From: Heterodontus francisci
Taxonomy: Eukaryota
DNA length: 64,000 bases
NCBI RefSeq assembly: GCF_036365525.1
Contig: NC_090404.1
Coordinates: forward strand, 3,968,001 to 4,032,000
Direction of reading: 5' to 3'
The notes under the pieces were generated by a model. That model was not told where the DNA came from. It did not search any database and saw only the letters and a program-made list of their open reading frames with translations. This document shows positions 61,655 through 64,000 of the stretch, one piece after another (position 1 is the stretch's first letter; the number at the start of each line of letters is the position of its first letter). A program made the position numbers and the translations under genes.

Positions 61655-64000
61655 TCAGCAAAAGTGACCATAACGCTGGAAGGTTTAAGGTAGTTATGGA
61701 AAAGGACAAAGATAGATCAGAAATAAAGGTACTGAATTGGGGGAAGGACGATTTCAATACTATAAAACAGTATCTGGCCGTAGTGGACTGGGAGTCGCTA
61801 CTTGGAGGAAAGTCTACACCAGACCAGTGGGAGTCATTCAAGGAGGAAACAGTGAGAGTTCAAAGACAACATGTACCCGTTAAGGTGAAGGGAACCCTGG
61901 ATGTCAAGGGATATAGAGGATTGGATCAGGAAAAAAGGAAGCTTTTGGCAGATTCACAGCGCTGAAAGCAGTGGAGGTACTAGATGAGTATAGAAAGTGT
62001 AGCAGGGGGGTACTTAAAAAAGTAGTTAGGAGAGAGAAGAGTAGATAAGAAAAAACACTGGCAGGCTAGATAAAGGAAAATTCTAAAGCGTTTTCTAAGT
62101 ATATTAAGGGTAAGAGGATAACCAGGGACCAAAGGTGCAATCTCTGTGTGGAGCCGGAGGACATTGGTGAGGTTTTAAATGATTACTTTTAATCTGAGTT
62201 CACCATAGAGAAGGTCAATGTTGGTGTAGAGATCAGGGAAGGGGATTGTGATATACTTGAACATATTAGCATTGAAAGGGAGGAAGTATTAGCGGTTCTG
62301 GTGGGCTTAAAAGTGGATGAATCCCCAGGCCCAGATGAGATGCATCCCAGGCGGTTATGTGAGGCAAGGGAAGAGATAGCATGGACTCTGACACAAATTT
62401 TCAAATCTGCTCTGGCCACAGGAGAGGTACCAGAGGATTGGAGGACAGCGAATGTGGTACCATTATTCAAGAGGGGGAGTAGGGATAAACCAGGGAATTA
62501 CAGGCCGGTGAGTGTAACATCAGTGGTAAGGAAATTATTGGAAAAAACTCTGAGGGATAGGATTAATCTCCACTTGGAGAGGCAGGGATTAATCAGGGAT
62601 AGGGAGCATGGCTTTGTCAGGGGGAGATCGTGTCTAACTAACTAGATTGAATGTTACAAGGCGGTGACTCAATGGATAGATGAGGATAAAGCAGTTGATA
62701 TTCTACATGGACTTCAGTCAGGTTTTTGATAAGGTCCCACATGGGAGATTGTTTAAAAAGATAAGATCTCATGGGATCCAGGGCAATTTGGCATATTGGA
62801 TCCAAAATTGGCTCAGTAGCAGGAGGCAGAGGGTTATGGTTGAGGGTTGTTTTTGCAAGTGGAAGCCTTTGACCAGTGGTGTACCGCAGGGATCGGTGCT
62901 GGGACCCATACTGTTTGTAGTGTACATTAATGATTTAGGCGTGAATATAGGAGGTGTGATCAGTAAGTTCGCAGATGACATGAAAATTGGTGGTGCCGTA
63001 AATAGTGAGGAGGATGGCCTTCCATTACAGGACGATATCGATGGGCTGGTAAGATGGGCAGAACCGTGGCAAATAGAATTTAATCCTGAGAAGTGTGAGG
63101 TGATGCATTTTTGGAGTACTAATCAGGCAAGGGAATATATCGTGGATGGCAGGACCCTATGAAGTACAGAGGGTCAGAGGGACCTTGGTGTAATTGTCCA
63201 TAGATCACTGAAAGCAGCAGCACAGGTAGATAAGATGGTTAATATAAAAGCAAAGTACTGCGGATGCTGGAAATCTGAAACAAAAACAAGAAATGCTGGA
63301 ATCACTCAGCAGGTCTGGCAGCATCTGTGGAAAGAGAAGCAGAGTTCACGTTTCAGGTCAGTGACCCTTCTTCGGATAAGATGTTTAGCAGGGCAGATGA
63401 AAATTATTAGAGGCATTTATGGGATCGATAGGAAGAAACATTTTCCCTCATGCGGATAGGTCAATAACTAGGGGACATAGATTTAAGATAAGGGGCAGGA
63501 GTTTTAGAGGGGAGTGGAGGAAAGAAAATTCACCCAGAGGTTGATTGGAATCTGGAACACACTGCCTGAAGAGGTTGTAGAGGCAGGAACACACACGACA
63601 TTTAAGAAGTATTTAGATGAGCACTTGAAATGCCATAGTATACAAGACTATGGGTCAAGTGCGGGCAAGTGGGATTAGTTTTGGACAGGTGCTTGATGGT
63701 CAGCGCAGGGGCGCTGGGCCGAAGGGCCTGCTTCTGTGGTGTAAAGCTCTATGACTCTATAGGATTCTTGACTTTATGAGCCGAGGCATTGAATATAAGA
63801 GCAGGGAAGTTATGATGGAGCTGTATAAAACACTGGTTAGGCCACAGCTGGAGTACTGTGAACAGTTCTGGGCACCACACTATTGGAAGGATGTGATTGC
63901 ACTGGAGAGGGTGCAGAGGAGATTCAGCAGGATGTTGCCTGGGCTGGAGCATTTCAGCTCTGCAGAGAGACTGAAAAGGCTAGGGTTGTTTTACTTAGAG
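61655..64000 (+). mobile_element. CR1 LINE ORF2 fragment with nested insertions
   Basis: SPGPDEMHPR, NYRPVS, DKVPH, PQGSVLGP, KFADD. Confidence 0.9.

Noticed and set aside
59895-61667. Long hydrophobic ORFs (227, 135, 121 aa), also at 7575-8077
   Set aside because: Products of a 27-bp (in-frame) minisatellite, not genes.

Overview
Cartilaginous-fish (shark) antigen-receptor region. From memory, the Cmu and VH proteins closely resemble horn shark (Heterodontus) IgM; I could not check this by search. The minus strand at 32563-48171 carries a complete, unrearranged, apparently functional IgM heavy-chain cluster: leader-VH-D1-D2-JH-Cmu1-4 with secretory tailpiece, then TM1-TM2. Its RSS spacers are 23 / 12-22 / 12-12 / 23. 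Only ~9.5 kb beyond TM2, with no assembly gap, lies an array of seven T-cell receptor alpha/delta-type V segments in mixed orientations (3.6-23.1 kb). One is fully intact, one has an intact V exon but a GG leader donor, and five are pseudogenes. An orphan V promoter+leader is also present. The rest is repeats: CR1-clade LINEs (one near full length), Penelope-like elements with minimal hammerhead-ribozyme motifs, tRNA-derived SINEs, a 27-bp minisatellite on both flanks, TG/GATA microsatellites and one N gap. The main point of interest is the direct physical linkage of an intact IgM gene with TCR V segments, with RSS geometry permitting Ig/TCR chimeric rearrangement in both directions.
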